The translations under genes and the position numbers were made by a program. 46,739 nucleotides of DNA from an uncultured Bacteroides sp. (GTDB lineage: Bacteria > Bacillota > Clostridia > Christensenellales > CAG-917), in assembly GCA_964624745.1 (NCBI GenBank), contig CAZUZK010000005.1, positions 7,131-53,869 of the forward strand, read 5' to 3'. The notes under the pieces are model-generated. The model made no database searches and was not told the origin of the DNA. It worked only from the letters and a program-made list of their open reading frames with translations. This document shows, piece after piece, positions 9,301 through 17,722 of the stretch. Each line of letters opens with the position of its first letter. The first letter of the stretch is position 1.

Positions 9301-9985
9301 CCCCGAGTTTAAGGCATACGGCGCGCTTACGGTGATAAGCGACCTTAAAAAAGCAAGAAACAAGCTTGGCGACGTCAATCCGCTCGCGCTGCAAACTCTT
9401 AAAGAAACCGAAGAAAGACTTGAAGCACAAACGCTCCAGCGCGACGATATTCAAAAGGCATACGACGATATTATCACGATAATAAACGAGCTTACGGGCG
9501 AGATGCAGACCAAGTTTACGGACGCATTCGACAAGATAAGCGAAAACTTCAAGGAAGTGTTTATGCAGCTCTTCGGCGGTGGTAAAGGCGAATTGCGCTT
9601 GAATATGCAGGACACCGACGACGTGCTCGAAGCGGGTATCGATATATTCGCTCAACCTCCGGGAAAGAAGCTTCAAAACATCAGCTTGTTGAGCGGCGGC
9701 GAGCAGGCGTTGACGGCAATATCGATATTGTTTGCAATACTCAAGCTTAAGCCGATGCCGTTCTGTGTGCTTGACGAAATCGAAGCGGCTCTCGACGACG
9801 CAAACGTAAACCTGTTTGCCGAGTTCTTGAAGAAATTTAGCGATTATACGCAGTTTATCGTCATCACGCACAGAAAACCGACAATGCGTCACGCAGATAC
9901 GATTTTCGGCGTTACGATGGAGGAAAAGGGCGTAACGAAGATAGTGTCGATTGAGTTTGAAGAGGCGGTTAAACACGCAAAATGA
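6395..9985 (+). CDS. smc: Chromosome segregation protein SMC
   Basis: GFKSF, Walker A GPNGCGKSN, Q-loop IIGQG, long coiled coils, hinge (GRVTF, TLDGD..GGEITGG), LLSGGE signature, Walker B VLDEIEAALD, VITH. TTG start. Confidence 0.98.
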   Translation: MLNFVKIEARGFKSFADKIEIPFQEGVTAIIGPNGCGKSNVADAIRWTLGEQSAKSLRGKSMQDVIFAGTEKRKSMSYCEVSLTFNNSDRHIFPSMPFEEVVITRKLDRSGLSEYYINHNRVRMRDIISLFHDTGIGKEGYSIIGQGRVAEIMSAKPGDRRQIFEEAAGISKFRAQRTEAERKLEKTATNLQTANEVISEIERQINPLRKQAETAQKYFELTDELKKNEVNLYIYNYENNQSIKQKIYDRLKVAEKELKIKEMQFNECAKKYDECLRESSNIDRIYDECNSELLALKVDAARLEGEAGVLKERIKNIQGEIVRLNSELQSIDGQLTASAQIIQDTEQKKEAQFNAYLESSKEAEALQERYSKLTKSLAGAETDLESRNVDYIRAIEDLGALKSNLSGFIAEKGINDERAKSLLTLVNQQKAKLDEELTNLSIYDGKAKATKERMRQTMAEYNEALSGKMECQEAIKGYAEDIVSLNSKLGLAKGSLDLLTSIKNEYSGYQEAVKRLMQDSKHDPVLANKIWGVLAEVITVPSDYEAAIEYALGGAMQNVLVETERDASDLINYLKQKGYGRVTFRPLTSCRPRPLTPENRGVLTEPGCYGLASNLIKYDAKFDGFVQTLLGGTVVVNNIDNAVRIFKKYNQSVKIVTLDGDIFSRGGEITGGSRRNQTQGLLAQEKKIEQAQANLEKIKNNIASMNAERDEREEELAEYEKKIEQLNQLVSELRIEYSLNEDKAKQAFEVTEALQAEISKNAKEYEIVKATIKELQEKISSIDELEKVVSEKREEYNALLESSKNSNTTQKSEREELAELVTNARIKLAEQKNVLDGFEQDLFRFNREREALEDEKLDLVASLKHEQQKLDGISNAPEKTVFSKEDEARIATLEKQISEFSERKRTIADEIVALDAQKSQISDERTAITEKKFRDENMLENVDIEIRNQQQHILEEYDLTYASAVELRDPEFKAYGALTVISDLKKARNKLGDVNPLALQTLKETEERLEAQTLQRDDIQKAYDDIITIINELTGEMQTKFTDAFDKISENFKEVFMQLFGGGKGELRLNMQDTDDVLEAGIDIFAQPPGKKLQNISLLSGGEQALTAISILFAILKLKPMPFCVLDEIEAALDDANVNLFAEFLKKFSDYTQFIVITHRKPTMRHADTIFGVTMEEKGVTKIVSIEFEEAVKHAK

Positions 9986-10347
9986 TTGAAAATCATCATC
10001 GTGGCAACGGCAATAATCGCAATGAATTATCAATGCGTTCAAAATAATAAGATATAATTAAGTGCGATTATAGCCGAGAGCCACATTTGATTTTCAATCT
10101 GCTCCGCACAGATAATTATTCACTAAACCTTACAGCCGGTATAAAAACTCCTGCAACATTTCGTGATAATTATCTGCTTGGTGGGTGCGCGTAGCGCGCA
10201 CCGTGGGAAATACAAGTGCAGAGTGTATGAAATAGCAGATACCGTGTATAGGTAGGCTACGAATTGGGTATGGTGCTGGTATAGGTGCGCTCTGAATAGG
10301 CAGAGGGCGTGTATAAGTGGACTACGAATGAGTGTTGGGCGTGTACA
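9984..10347. repeat. smc-ftsY spacer with three inverted repeats and a degenerate ~32-bp tandem repeat
   Basis: GATTGAAAATCA (9984)/TGATTTTCAATC (10088); CAGATAATTAT (10109)/ATAATTATCTG (10166); GGTGCGCG-TAG-CGCGCACC (10184-10202). GTGTATA-like unit starts at 10244, 10277, 10309, 10341. Confidence 0.55.
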
Positions 10348-10415
10348 GAGGTTGTATTAACAATTAACATTTCAAATTATTGCTTGTGAAGAAAACGTGA
10401 GCAATGGAGGGCGAT

Positions 10416-11309
10416 ATGGGATTTTTTCAGAAAATCGTAGACGGAATTAAAAAGACAAAGGACGCTTTTTCTAAAAAGCTGTTTTATGCGTTTTCGGCAA
10501 GAGAATTAAACGACGAGTTTTACGACAACCTCGAAGAAGCGTTGCTTACTGCAGACGTTGGCGTTTCCGCGACGCAAAAGCTTATCGAGGAACTTAAAGA
10601 CGAGGCGTTCCGCTTGAAAATCAAAAAGCCGCAAGACGCAAAGGACGTGCTTGCAAGGCTTATGATTGAGGATATTGACTATGATATACCCGAATATGAA
10701 TATCCGCTTGTGATACTTCTTTCAGGCGTTAACGGCGTAGGGAAGACAACCGCTATCGGCAAGCTTGCGCACAAGTTTAAGGAAGAGGGAAAATCCGTTG
10801 TCGTTGCGGCGGCAGATACCTTTAGAGCGGCGGCGAGCGAACAGCTTGAGGTATGGGGACAGCGCGCAGGCGTGAGAGTGATACGTCACAACGAGGGCGC
10901 GGATCCTGCCGCCGTAGTGTTTGACGCAATATCTTCCGCAAAGGCAAAGGGCAACGACGTTATCCTTGTGGACACTGCCGGAAGACTGCACAACAAAAAG
11001 AACCTTATGGCGGAGCTTCAAAAGATATGCAGAGTGGTTGAAAGAGAATTGCCGAATGCGGATTTTCGCAAATATCTTGTGCTTGACGCGACGACAGGGC
11101 AAAATGCGGTTGCGCAGGCTCAAATATTCAGCGAGGACATCGATACGGACGGAATTATACTCACCAAGCTTGACGGCACGGCAAAGGGCGGTGTTGTGTT
11201 TGCGATAAGCGAGGAAATGGGCTTGCCCGTCGTATACGTCGGCGTCGGCGAAAAAATAGACGACCTTATCCCATTTGACGCAACCGATTTTATCAACGCG
11301 TTGATTTGA
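10416..11309 (+). CDS. ftsY: Signal recognition particle receptor FtsY
   Basis: GVNGVGKTT, ADTFRAAA, DTAGR, DATTGQNA, TKLDGTAKGG. ATG 10416 follows GGAGG. Confidence 0.97.
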   Translation: MGFFQKIVDGIKKTKDAFSKKLFYAFSARELNDEFYDNLEEALLTADVGVSATQKLIEELKDEAFRLKIKKPQDAKDVLARLMIEDIDYDIPEYEYPLVILLSGVNGVGKTTAIGKLAHKFKEEGKSVVVAAADTFRAAASEQLEVWGQRAGVRVIRHNEGADPAAVVFDAISSAKAKGNDVILVDTAGRLHNKKNLMAELQKICRVVERELPNADFRKYLVLDATTGQNAVAQAQIFSEDIDTDGIILTKLDGTAKGGVVFAISEEMGLPVVYVGVGEKIDDLIPFDATDFINALI

Positions 11310-11332
11310 CGTATTATACATTTACGATAACG

Positions 11333-11359
11333 GGGCTATGCTTGCGCATAGCTCTTTTT
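11333..11359 (+). terminator. Intrinsic terminator after ftsY
   Basis: GGGCTATGC-TTGC-GCATAGCTC followed by TTTTT. Confidence 0.8.
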
Positions 11360-11360
11360 A

Positions 11361-11389
11361 TTGACTTTTTCGCTTTGCAAGCGTATTAT
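11361..11389 (+). promoter_or_regulatory. Sigma-A promoter for the orphan lipoprotein and its leader
   Basis: TTGACT (11361-11366), 17 bp, TATTAT (11384-11389). Confidence 0.7.
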
Positions 11390-11394
11390 AAAGG

Positions 11395-11548
11395 TGCGAC
11401 AAACTTAATATTAAAGTATCCACGCTTATTACCTTCGGTAACAGGTGCATTTTTCGCGTAACATAGTGGATATTTTATTATGTTTGGTTTGTCGCAAAAC
11501 AAGCGGAACTGCACTTGTTATATTTTTATACGGTGTAAATTTTCACCG
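11395..11548 (+). ncRNA. Candidate structured 5' leader RNA with alternative pairings
   Basis: TGCGACAAAC (11395-11404) pairs with GTTTGTCGCA (11487-11496). AAAGTATCCAC (11413-11423) pairs with GTGGATATTTT (11466-11476). Loop segment 11439-11457 is complementary to 11503-11520. Confidence 0.55.
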
Positions 11549-11567
11549 CTTGCAAAGGAGTGGGATT

Positions 11568-12626
11568 ATGAAAAGGTTTGGCAAGGGTTTAATTGTTGTA
11601 ACGCTTCTTGCGATAACCGCTTGTATGCTTGTTGCGTGCGGCGAAGGTGAAACGGATTATACCGAAATTGCGCATAACAGCGACTATTATATCTCTTTAA
11701 GCGAAGACGAAAGGTCTGATTTTGACGTGAAGCTTGAAAAAATCATAAGCGGTGCGATTTTTGAAAATATGTCCGAAGAAGAGAAATTGGAGCTTGTGAA
11801 TGCGCTTGTAGAGTCGGAGAAGCTGCAAAAAGAAATCGAAGAAGAACAACAACAAGAAGAAACAAGAAAAGAAGAAATCAAACAAGAACTCCTCGATTTG
11901 ACAAGCAGTCAACAAGAACTTGAACAACGCCTCCAAAACCTTAAGGACTCCAATGCGAGCGAGGAAGAAATAAAGAGGGCAGAACAAGAGCAACAAAATG
12001 TTGAAGAACAAATCAAAGCTGTTGACCAAGAGAAAAAATATTATGAAACGATTGATGTGGTGAAAAATGCAGTTTTATCAAATGAAGCTTTTTCATATAG
12101 ATATGCAAATTTAGTTCTTCGACAAATCAATGGGATATATAGATATGGTGGTACCGCGTATTTAAGCGGAAGTTTTATTCAAGAAAGCAAAGTTAATGGA
12201 GTTTCAATTTTCTCGTCAGCGGACAAATTTTTTAGGATGGCAAATGTCATAACTGGGGATGAAACTTGTCAAGAGATATTAGACATATTATCGGACAATC
12301 CCAGCATATATATTGAAAAAACTTGCGTAAATTTCAATTCAAAAGAAAATGAAGAATATTTTGAACAAAACAAATATGAAATTGATGACAAATTTACCAA
12401 ATTGGAAAGTCGGGGCTACGAATTGACTGTCGAAAAGTCTTGGAATATCGAGGGAAGAGATGAATATCCTGAATTCATCATCAAGGCAACTTCTGCTGAC
12501 GACGAACAATATGTGATGATAGACTATAATGAATCAATTTGTGAATATGCTTCACCTGCAATAAAAAAAATCTGTCCTGAGTTTTGGGCGCAGATGGAGA
12601 TTGAAAATAACAAGCAATCGAGTTAA
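11568..12626 (+). CDS. Orphan lipoprotein with an E/Q-rich coiled-coil segment
   Basis: AAGGAG RBS; MKRFGKGLIVVTLLAITACMLVA-C lipobox; E/Q-rich heptad region; visibly AT-richer C-terminal half. No family recognised. Confidence 0.75.
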   Translation: MKRFGKGLIVVTLLAITACMLVACGEGETDYTEIAHNSDYYISLSEDERSDFDVKLEKIISGAIFENMSEEEKLELVNALVESEKLQKEIEEEQQQEETRKEEIKQELLDLTSSQQELEQRLQNLKDSNASEEEIKRAEQEQQNVEEQIKAVDQEKKYYETIDVVKNAVLSNEAFSYRYANLVLRQINGIYRYGGTAYLSGSFIQESKVNGVSIFSSADKFFRMANVITGDETCQEILDILSDNPSIYIEKTCVNFNSKENEEYFEQNKYEIDDKFTKLESRGYELTVEKSWNIEGRDEYPEFIIKATSADDEQYVMIDYNESICEYASPAIKKICPEFWAQMEIENNKQSS

Positions 12627-12661
12627 ATGACTTTGAATAAAAAACCATATATTTATTTTGG

Positions 12662-12734
12662 GGTGTCGAGCAAAAACGCTTGACACCTTTATTTTATAAG
12701 TGTATTATGGTGTCAAGCAATAAGGATTGACACC
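12662..12734 (+). promoter_or_regulatory. ylxM-ffh promoter bracketed by two 26-bp palindromic operator-like sites
   Basis: TTGACA (12680-12685), 17 bp, TATTAT (12703-12708). Sites GGTGTCGAGCAAAAACGCTTGACACC (12662-12687) and GGTGTCAAGCAATAAGGATTGACACC (12709-12734). Confidence 0.75.
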
Positions 12735-12737
12735 GAT

Positions 12738-13052
12738 ATGGATAGATTTGAAATTTCCGCATTGAGAAGCTATTACGGCAAGCTTCTTACTCAAAGACAG
12801 AACGAGATGCTTGTCATGCACTATGACGAGGATTTGTCTTTCGGGGAAATTGCTCAAATCGAAGGCGTTTCGCGCCAAGCGGTGCTTGACGGCATCAACA
12901 AGGGCGAAAAACATCTTGTCGAATACGAAGCCGCACTCGGGCTTGTTGAGAAGGACAATCGTATTCGCGCCATTCTCGACGCTATGAGCGTCGGGGCGGA
13001 CGATAGGGCGCTTGCGTATATATCGGAGTTGAAGGGCATTTTGGAGGAATGA
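12738..13052 (+). CDS. ylxM: YlxM / UPF0122 helix-turn-helix protein
   Basis: YYGKLLTQRQ...YDEDLSFGEIA...VSRQAV...YEAALGL; lies directly upstream of ffh. Confidence 0.92.
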   Translation: MDRFEISALRSYYGKLLTQRQNEMLVMHYDEDLSFGEIAQIEGVSRQAVLDGINKGEKHLVEYEAALGLVEKDNRIRAILDAMSVGADDRALAYISELKGILEE

Positions 13053-13055
13053 GCG

Positions 13056-14387
13056 ATGGCACTGTTTGAAAGCTTGTCGGATAGAATGAATCATATTTTC
13101 TCGAAGCTTCGCAACAAGGGTAAGCTGACGGAGCTTGAAATTAAACAAGCCATGCGTGAAATCCGCGTTGCCTTGCTCGAGGCGGACGTCAATTACAACG
13201 TCGTCAAAGAATTTACCGCACGAGTGAGCGAAAAGGCTTTGGGCGAGGATATACTCAAATCCCTTACGCCTGCGCAACAAATCGTCAAAATCGTCAATGA
13301 AGAGCTTTGCGCGCTTATGGGAAGCACGCACCAGAAGCTTGCGGTGAGCGACAGACAGCCCACAATCTATATGATGTGCGGCTTGCAGGGCGCGGGCAAG
13401 ACTACCATGTGCGGAAAGCTTGCCACCTATCTTAAAAAGCAAAACAAGAAGGTTTTGCTTGTCGCAGGGGATATATACAGACCTGCCGCAATACAACAGC
13501 TCAAGGTTGTCGCAAAAAAAGCTAATACGGAATGCTTCGAGATGGGACAAATCAATCCCGTTAAGATTGCAAAAGCCGCCGTGGAATACGCGCTTAAAAA
13601 CGGCTATGACACCATGATTGTGGACACCGCAGGTCGCTTGCATATCGACGAGACGCTCATGCAGGAGCTTATCGACGTGAAAAACGCCGTTAAACCCACC
13701 GAGATTCTTCTTGTCGTGGATAGCATGACGGGTCAAGACGCAGTTACTGTTGCGGACACCTTCAACAAAAAGCTTGATATTACCGGCGTTATCATGACAA
13801 AGCTCGACGGCGATACAAGAGGCGGCGCTGCACTCTCAATCAAGGCGGTGACCGGCAAGCCCATTAAGTTTAACGGTACCGGCGAGAAAATGGAGGATTT
13901 GGAGCCGTTCCACCCCGAACGTATGGCTTCGAGAATCCTCGGCATGGGCGACGTGCTTACGCTCATAGAAAAAGCAGAGCAAGCCATTTCGCAAGAAGAG
14001 GCTATGAAGCTCACAAAGAAGCTTAAGGAAAATTCCTTCAATCTCGAAGATTATCTCAATCAGCTCGAGAGTATGAAGAAAATGGGAAATCTTCAGGATA
14101 TGATGTCCATGATTCCGGGGCTGTCGGGTAAGCTGAAAAACGGCGCGCAAATCGACGAAAAACAGATTGCCAGAACTAAGGCTATAATTCAGTCCATGAC
14201 GCCCAAGGAGCGCAGAAATCCCGAAATCCTCAAGGCTTCGCATAGAAAGCGTATCGCAAAGGGTAGCGGAACAAGTATTCAGGAAGTCAATCAGCTTCTC
14301 AAGCAGTTTGAAATGACCAAGGATATGATGGCGCGTATGCAAAAGGGCGGTATGAAAGGGCTTCGCGGTCTTAAAGGACTGTTCTAA
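13056..14387 (+). CDS. ffh: Signal recognition particle protein Ffh
   Basis: LLEADV, GLQGAGKTT, DIYRPAA, DTAGRL, TKLDGDTRGGAALS, RILGMGD, M-domain SMTPKER..RIAKGSG. Confidence 0.98.
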   Translation: MALFESLSDRMNHIFSKLRNKGKLTELEIKQAMREIRVALLEADVNYNVVKEFTARVSEKALGEDILKSLTPAQQIVKIVNEELCALMGSTHQKLAVSDRQPTIYMMCGLQGAGKTTMCGKLATYLKKQNKKVLLVAGDIYRPAAIQQLKVVAKKANTECFEMGQINPVKIAKAAVEYALKNGYDTMIVDTAGRLHIDETLMQELIDVKNAVKPTEILLVVDSMTGQDAVTVADTFNKKLDITGVIMTKLDGDTRGGAALSIKAVTGKPIKFNGTGEKMEDLEPFHPERMASRILGMGDVLTLIEKAEQAISQEEAMKLTKKLKENSFNLEDYLNQLESMKKMGNLQDMMSMIPGLSGKLKNGAQIDEKQIARTKAIIQSMTPKERRNPEILKASHRKRIAKGSGTSIQEVNQLLKQFEMTKDMMARMQKGGMKGLRGLKGLF

Positions 14388-14451
14388 TAATCGATATATC
14401 AAAAATATATAACAAAATAAAACAAAATTTCACAATGGAGGATTGACTGTT

Positions 14452-14700
14452 ATGGTTAAATTGAGACTCACAAGAATGGGCGCAACTAAAGCTCCTTTCT
14501 ATCGCATCGTTGCTATGGATTCACGCAAGGCAAGAGACGGTAAGTATATCGATCAAATCGGTTACTACAACCCCGTTTCCGAACCGAAGCAAATCGTCAT
14601 CGACGCCGATAAAGCCAAAGATTGGCTCGCAAAGGGCGCACAACCCACCGATACGGTTATGGGATTGCTCATTTCTCAAGGTATCGTTGAAAAGAAGTAA
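14452..14700 (+). CDS. rpsP: 30S ribosomal protein S16
   Basis: [45 protein letters not shown]. Confidence 0.97.
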   Translation: MVKLRLTRMGATKAPFYRIVAMDSRKARDGKYIDQIGYYNPVSEPKQIVIDADKAKDWLAKGAQPTDTVMGLLISQGIVEKK

Positions 14701-14712
14701 TCGGTGATTCAG

Positions 14713-14952
14713 ATGATTGAATTGGTTGAATATCTCGTTGCTTCCCTCGTTCCGAACGGCGATTATACCGTCGAACAGAGAGAGGGCGGCGCAACAACCG
14801 ACATCGTTGTCACTATCGCTAAAAAGGACATCGGCAAGGTTATCGGCAAGCAGGGTAAAATCGCAAGAGCTATTCGTACGCTTGTCAAATCCGCCTCCTC
14901 AAAAAGTAGCGCAAGATACAACGTTGTCATAGAAGAGAAGAATGAAATCTGA
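14713..14952 (+). CDS. khpA: KH-domain RNA-binding protein KhpA (YlqC)
   Basis: DIGKVIGKQGKIARAIRTLV; lies between rpsP and rimM. Confidence 0.9.
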   Translation: MIELVEYLVASLVPNGDYTVEQREGGATTDIVVTIAKKDIGKVIGKQGKIARAIRTLVKSASSKSSARYNVVIEEKNEI

Positions 14953-15445
14953 ATTGACAATCGGCAAGGTCTTGAAACCGCGCGGTCTGAAGGGAGAGCT
15001 TAAGCTTGAGCTGTACTCCTCGGATTCCGCACGGTTTTCTCGCCTTAAAAGAGTTAAAATCGACGGCATCGAATACGCGGTGAAAAGCATTTCTCCCGAG
15101 GGCGCGACAGGATACGTTTATCTTGAGGGTATCGACACAATCGAGCTTGCGGAGTCTCTTCGCAATAAGCTTGTTACCGCAAACAGAAACGATTTGCCAA
15201 AGCTCCCCGACGGCAAGTATTATATCGTCGATATGATAGGGCTTGACGTTATCGTTTCGGGCGAATGCGTTGGCGAAATCACCGACGTGCTGCAATACGG
15301 CTCTACCGACGTTTACGTTGTCAAAAACGGCGACGCTTCGTTGAATTTTCCTGCCGTACCAAGCATTATCAAAAAGGTGGATTTCGACAACGGCTGTATG
15401 ATTGTCGACGATATTCTCTTTGCTAGAGTGGTGGTGTATAACTGA
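14942..15445 (+). CDS. rimM: Ribosome maturation factor RimM
   Basis: IGKVLKPRGLKGELK, YYIVDMIGLDV, GSTDVYVV; synteny. Confidence 0.93.
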   Translation: MKSELTIGKVLKPRGLKGELKLELYSSDSARFSRLKRVKIDGIEYAVKSISPEGATGYVYLEGIDTIELAESLRNKLVTANRNDLPKLPDGKYYIVDMIGLDVIVSGECVGEITDVLQYGSTDVYVVKNGDASLNFPAVPSIIKKVDFDNGCMIVDDILFARVVVYN

Positions 15446-15446
15446 T

Positions 15447-16166
15447 ATGCGCTTTGACGTTCTCACGATTTTTCCGCAATATTTCGACGTGCTTAAGCAA
15501 AGTCTCCTCGGAAAGGCTATCGACGAGGGGAAGTTTGACGTTGCAATAACGAATATTCGCGATTTTTCAAGAGATAAGCACTCTAAAACCGACGATACGC
15601 CTTACGGAGGCGGCGCGGGTATGGTTATGATGCCCGATCCTATCGTTAACGCTATCGAGGCGGTTGACCCGTGTCATAAGGCATGGCGCATATATATGTC
15701 GCCAAGAGGTAAAACTCTCAATCAAAGCAAGGTGGAGAGCCTTGCAAGGGAAGATAATATCCTTATCCTTTGCGGAGATTACGAGGGCGTGGATCAGCGC
15801 GTTCTGGATATGTGTATCGACGAGGAATTGTCGATAGGCGACTACGTGCTTACGGGCGGCGAATTGCCTGCGCTTGTCGTTATAAATACGGTGGCGCGCT
15901 ATATCGACGGCGTTTTGGGCTCGGACGAATCCACGCAAGAGGAAAGCTTTTCAAACGGACTTTTGGAATATCCGCAGTATACTCGCCCCGAAAATTATAG
16001 GGGATATACGGTGCCGCAAGTGCTTTTGACGGGCAATCATAAGGATATTGAAAAATGGCGGCTCGAAAAGTCGCTTGAAATTACGATGAAAAATCGTCCC
16101 GACCTATTTGAAGAGGTCGATTTGAAGCAGTTTTTGCCGACTAAAAAATCGAAACGCCGTCGCTAA
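15447..16166 (+). CDS. trmD: tRNA (guanine-N1)-methyltransferase TrmD
   Basis: DDTPYGGGAGMVM, MSPRG, CGDYEGVDQR, SIGDYVLTGGE, LLEYPQYTRP. Start at ATG 15447. Confidence 0.97.
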   Translation: MRFDVLTIFPQYFDVLKQSLLGKAIDEGKFDVAITNIRDFSRDKHSKTDDTPYGGGAGMVMMPDPIVNAIEAVDPCHKAWRIYMSPRGKTLNQSKVESLAREDNILILCGDYEGVDQRVLDMCIDEELSIGDYVLTGGELPALVVINTVARYIDGVLGSDESTQEESFSNGLLEYPQYTRPENYRGYTVPQVLLTGNHKDIEKWRLEKSLEITMKNRPDLFEEVDLKQFLPTKKSKRRR

Positions 16167-16204
16167 AGACGGGTTTTTAACGTATAACGGATATTCGAGG
16201 GCGT

Positions 16205-17047
16205 ATGAACATACAGTGGTTTCCCGGACATATGACGAAAGCGATAAGAATGATGGAGGAAAATCTCCGTCTTGTCGACGCGCTTATTTACGTTATCGAC
16301 GCAAGGGCGGTGGCGTCCTGCGACAATCCGCTTTTCAACAAGCTTTTGCAAGGCAAAAAGGTGCTTTACGTGTTCAACAAATGCGACCTTGTGGAGAAGG
16401 ACGACCTTGCGCTTTGGTGCGAGGAGTTCAAAAAGCAGGGAAAGCCCTTCGTTAAGGCTATAGGCACCTCGGGCGATTGCTCTCAAATCGTCGCAGGTCT
16501 AAAACAGGTGGTTGCCGATAAAATCGAAAAATATGCCGAAAAAGGCGCGAAAATTTCCGTGCGCGCTATGGTTGTCGGCGTTCCGAACAGCGGAAAATCC
16601 ACGATAATCAATTCTATGGTGAAAAAAGCCAAGGCGGTTACGGGGGATAAGCCGGGGGTGACGAGAGGAAAGCAATGGTTGTCTATCGATAACGTCGATT
16701 TTCTCGATACGCCGGGTACGCTTTGGGGTAAATTCAACGACCAAAAAACCGCGCATCACTTGGCATATATAGGTTCGATAAGAGACGATATTCTTGACGA
16801 AAGCGAGTTGGCTTACGATTTCCTCGACGAATTGAAAATCACTTATCCTCAAAATATCGCAACAAGATATAATCTTGGCACTTTAGAGGACGAAACGCTA
16901 CAAATATTCGAGCAAATTGCCGCTTCTAGAGGCTTTAAGGTCAAGGGCAATCAACCCGACTACGATAGAACGGCAAAGATGATTATCGACGAATTTCGCA
17001 AGGGAAAGCTCGGAAAAATTATGCTTGAAAAGCCTAATTTCGATTGA
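16205..17047 (+). CDS. rbgA: Ribosome biogenesis GTPase RbgA (YlqF)
   Basis: IQWFPGHM, DAR, NKCDL, GVPNSGKST, PGVTRGKQW, DTPG. Confidence 0.96.
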   Translation: MNIQWFPGHMTKAIRMMEENLRLVDALIYVIDARAVASCDNPLFNKLLQGKKVLYVFNKCDLVEKDDLALWCEEFKKQGKPFVKAIGTSGDCSQIVAGLKQVVADKIEKYAEKGAKISVRAMVVGVPNSGKSTIINSMVKKAKAVTGDKPGVTRGKQWLSIDNVDFLDTPGTLWGKFNDQKTAHHLAYIGSIRDDILDESELAYDFLDELKITYPQNIATRYNLGTLEDETLQIFEQIAASRGFKVKGNQPDYDRTAKMIIDEFRKGKLGKIMLEKPNFD

Positions 17048-17113
17048 GTATATCAAATCTAATTTGTCAATTTCACCCTATTAGAATATCGGAATTATGC
17101 AAAAGAGGAAATT

Positions 17114-17722
17114 ATGGTAGATCCAAAAGAATTGCTTACGTACGAAAATCAATTAAGAGATAAAGGCTATCGCTATATTTGCGGCGTAGACGAGGTTGGG
17201 CGCGGTCCGCTTGCAGGCCCCGTGACCTGCACGGCAATTATTATGGATTTGGACGATTTGATTGTCGGCGTAAACGATAGCAAAAAAGTGAGCAAGGGCA
17301 AGCGCGAAAAGCTTTTCGACGTAATTTTGTCGAAAGCCGTTGCCGTTTCTACCGTTTCATATCCGCCCGAAAAAATCGACGAATTGAACATTCTCAACGC
17401 TACGAAAGCGTGTATGAGAGAGGCTATTATGTCGTTGCCCGTAAAGCCCGACATCGTTCTTGTCGACGCGCTTACTCTCGACATTCCGTATAAAACCTTC
17501 GGAATAATCCACGGCGACGCATTGTCATATACGATTGCTTCCGCTTCGATTGTGGCAAAGGTGACGAGAGATAGGTATATGGAAGAAGCGGCGACGTTAT
17601 ATCCGCAATATGATTTCGAGCATAATATGGGATACGGCACCGCAAAGCATATCGCTGCGCTTAAACAATTAGGACCGACGCCGATACACAGAAACAGCTT
17701 TATAGGAAATTTCGTCAAATGA
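17114..17722 (+). CDS. rnhB: Ribonuclease HII
   Basis: GVDEVGRGPLAGPV, NDSKK, LVDA, HGD..SYTIASASIVAKVTRD, GYGT..H, HRNSF. Confidence 0.96.
   Translation: MVDPKELLTYENQLRDKGYRYICGVDEVGRGPLAGPVTCTAIIMDLDDLIVGVNDSKKVSKGKREKLFDVILSKAVAVSTVSYPPEKIDELNILNATKACMREAIMSLPVKPDIVLVDALTLDIPYKTFGIIHGDALSYTIASASIVAKVTRDRYMEEAATLYPQYDFEHNMGYGTAKHIAALKQLGPTPIHRNSFIGNFVK

Noticed and set aside
7952-10042. Long antisense ORFs (348 aa and 302 aa) inside smc, and similar ones opposite ffh, rho and lepA
   Set aside because: These are shadow frames of strongly conserved genes, with no RBS or recognisable motifs.
11394-11404. Shared GTGCGACAAA between the lipoprotein leader and the phage operator at 39811
   Set aside because: Only a 10-bp half-site match; the leader lacks the TYGCA-N4 left half, so phage-repressor control is unsupported.
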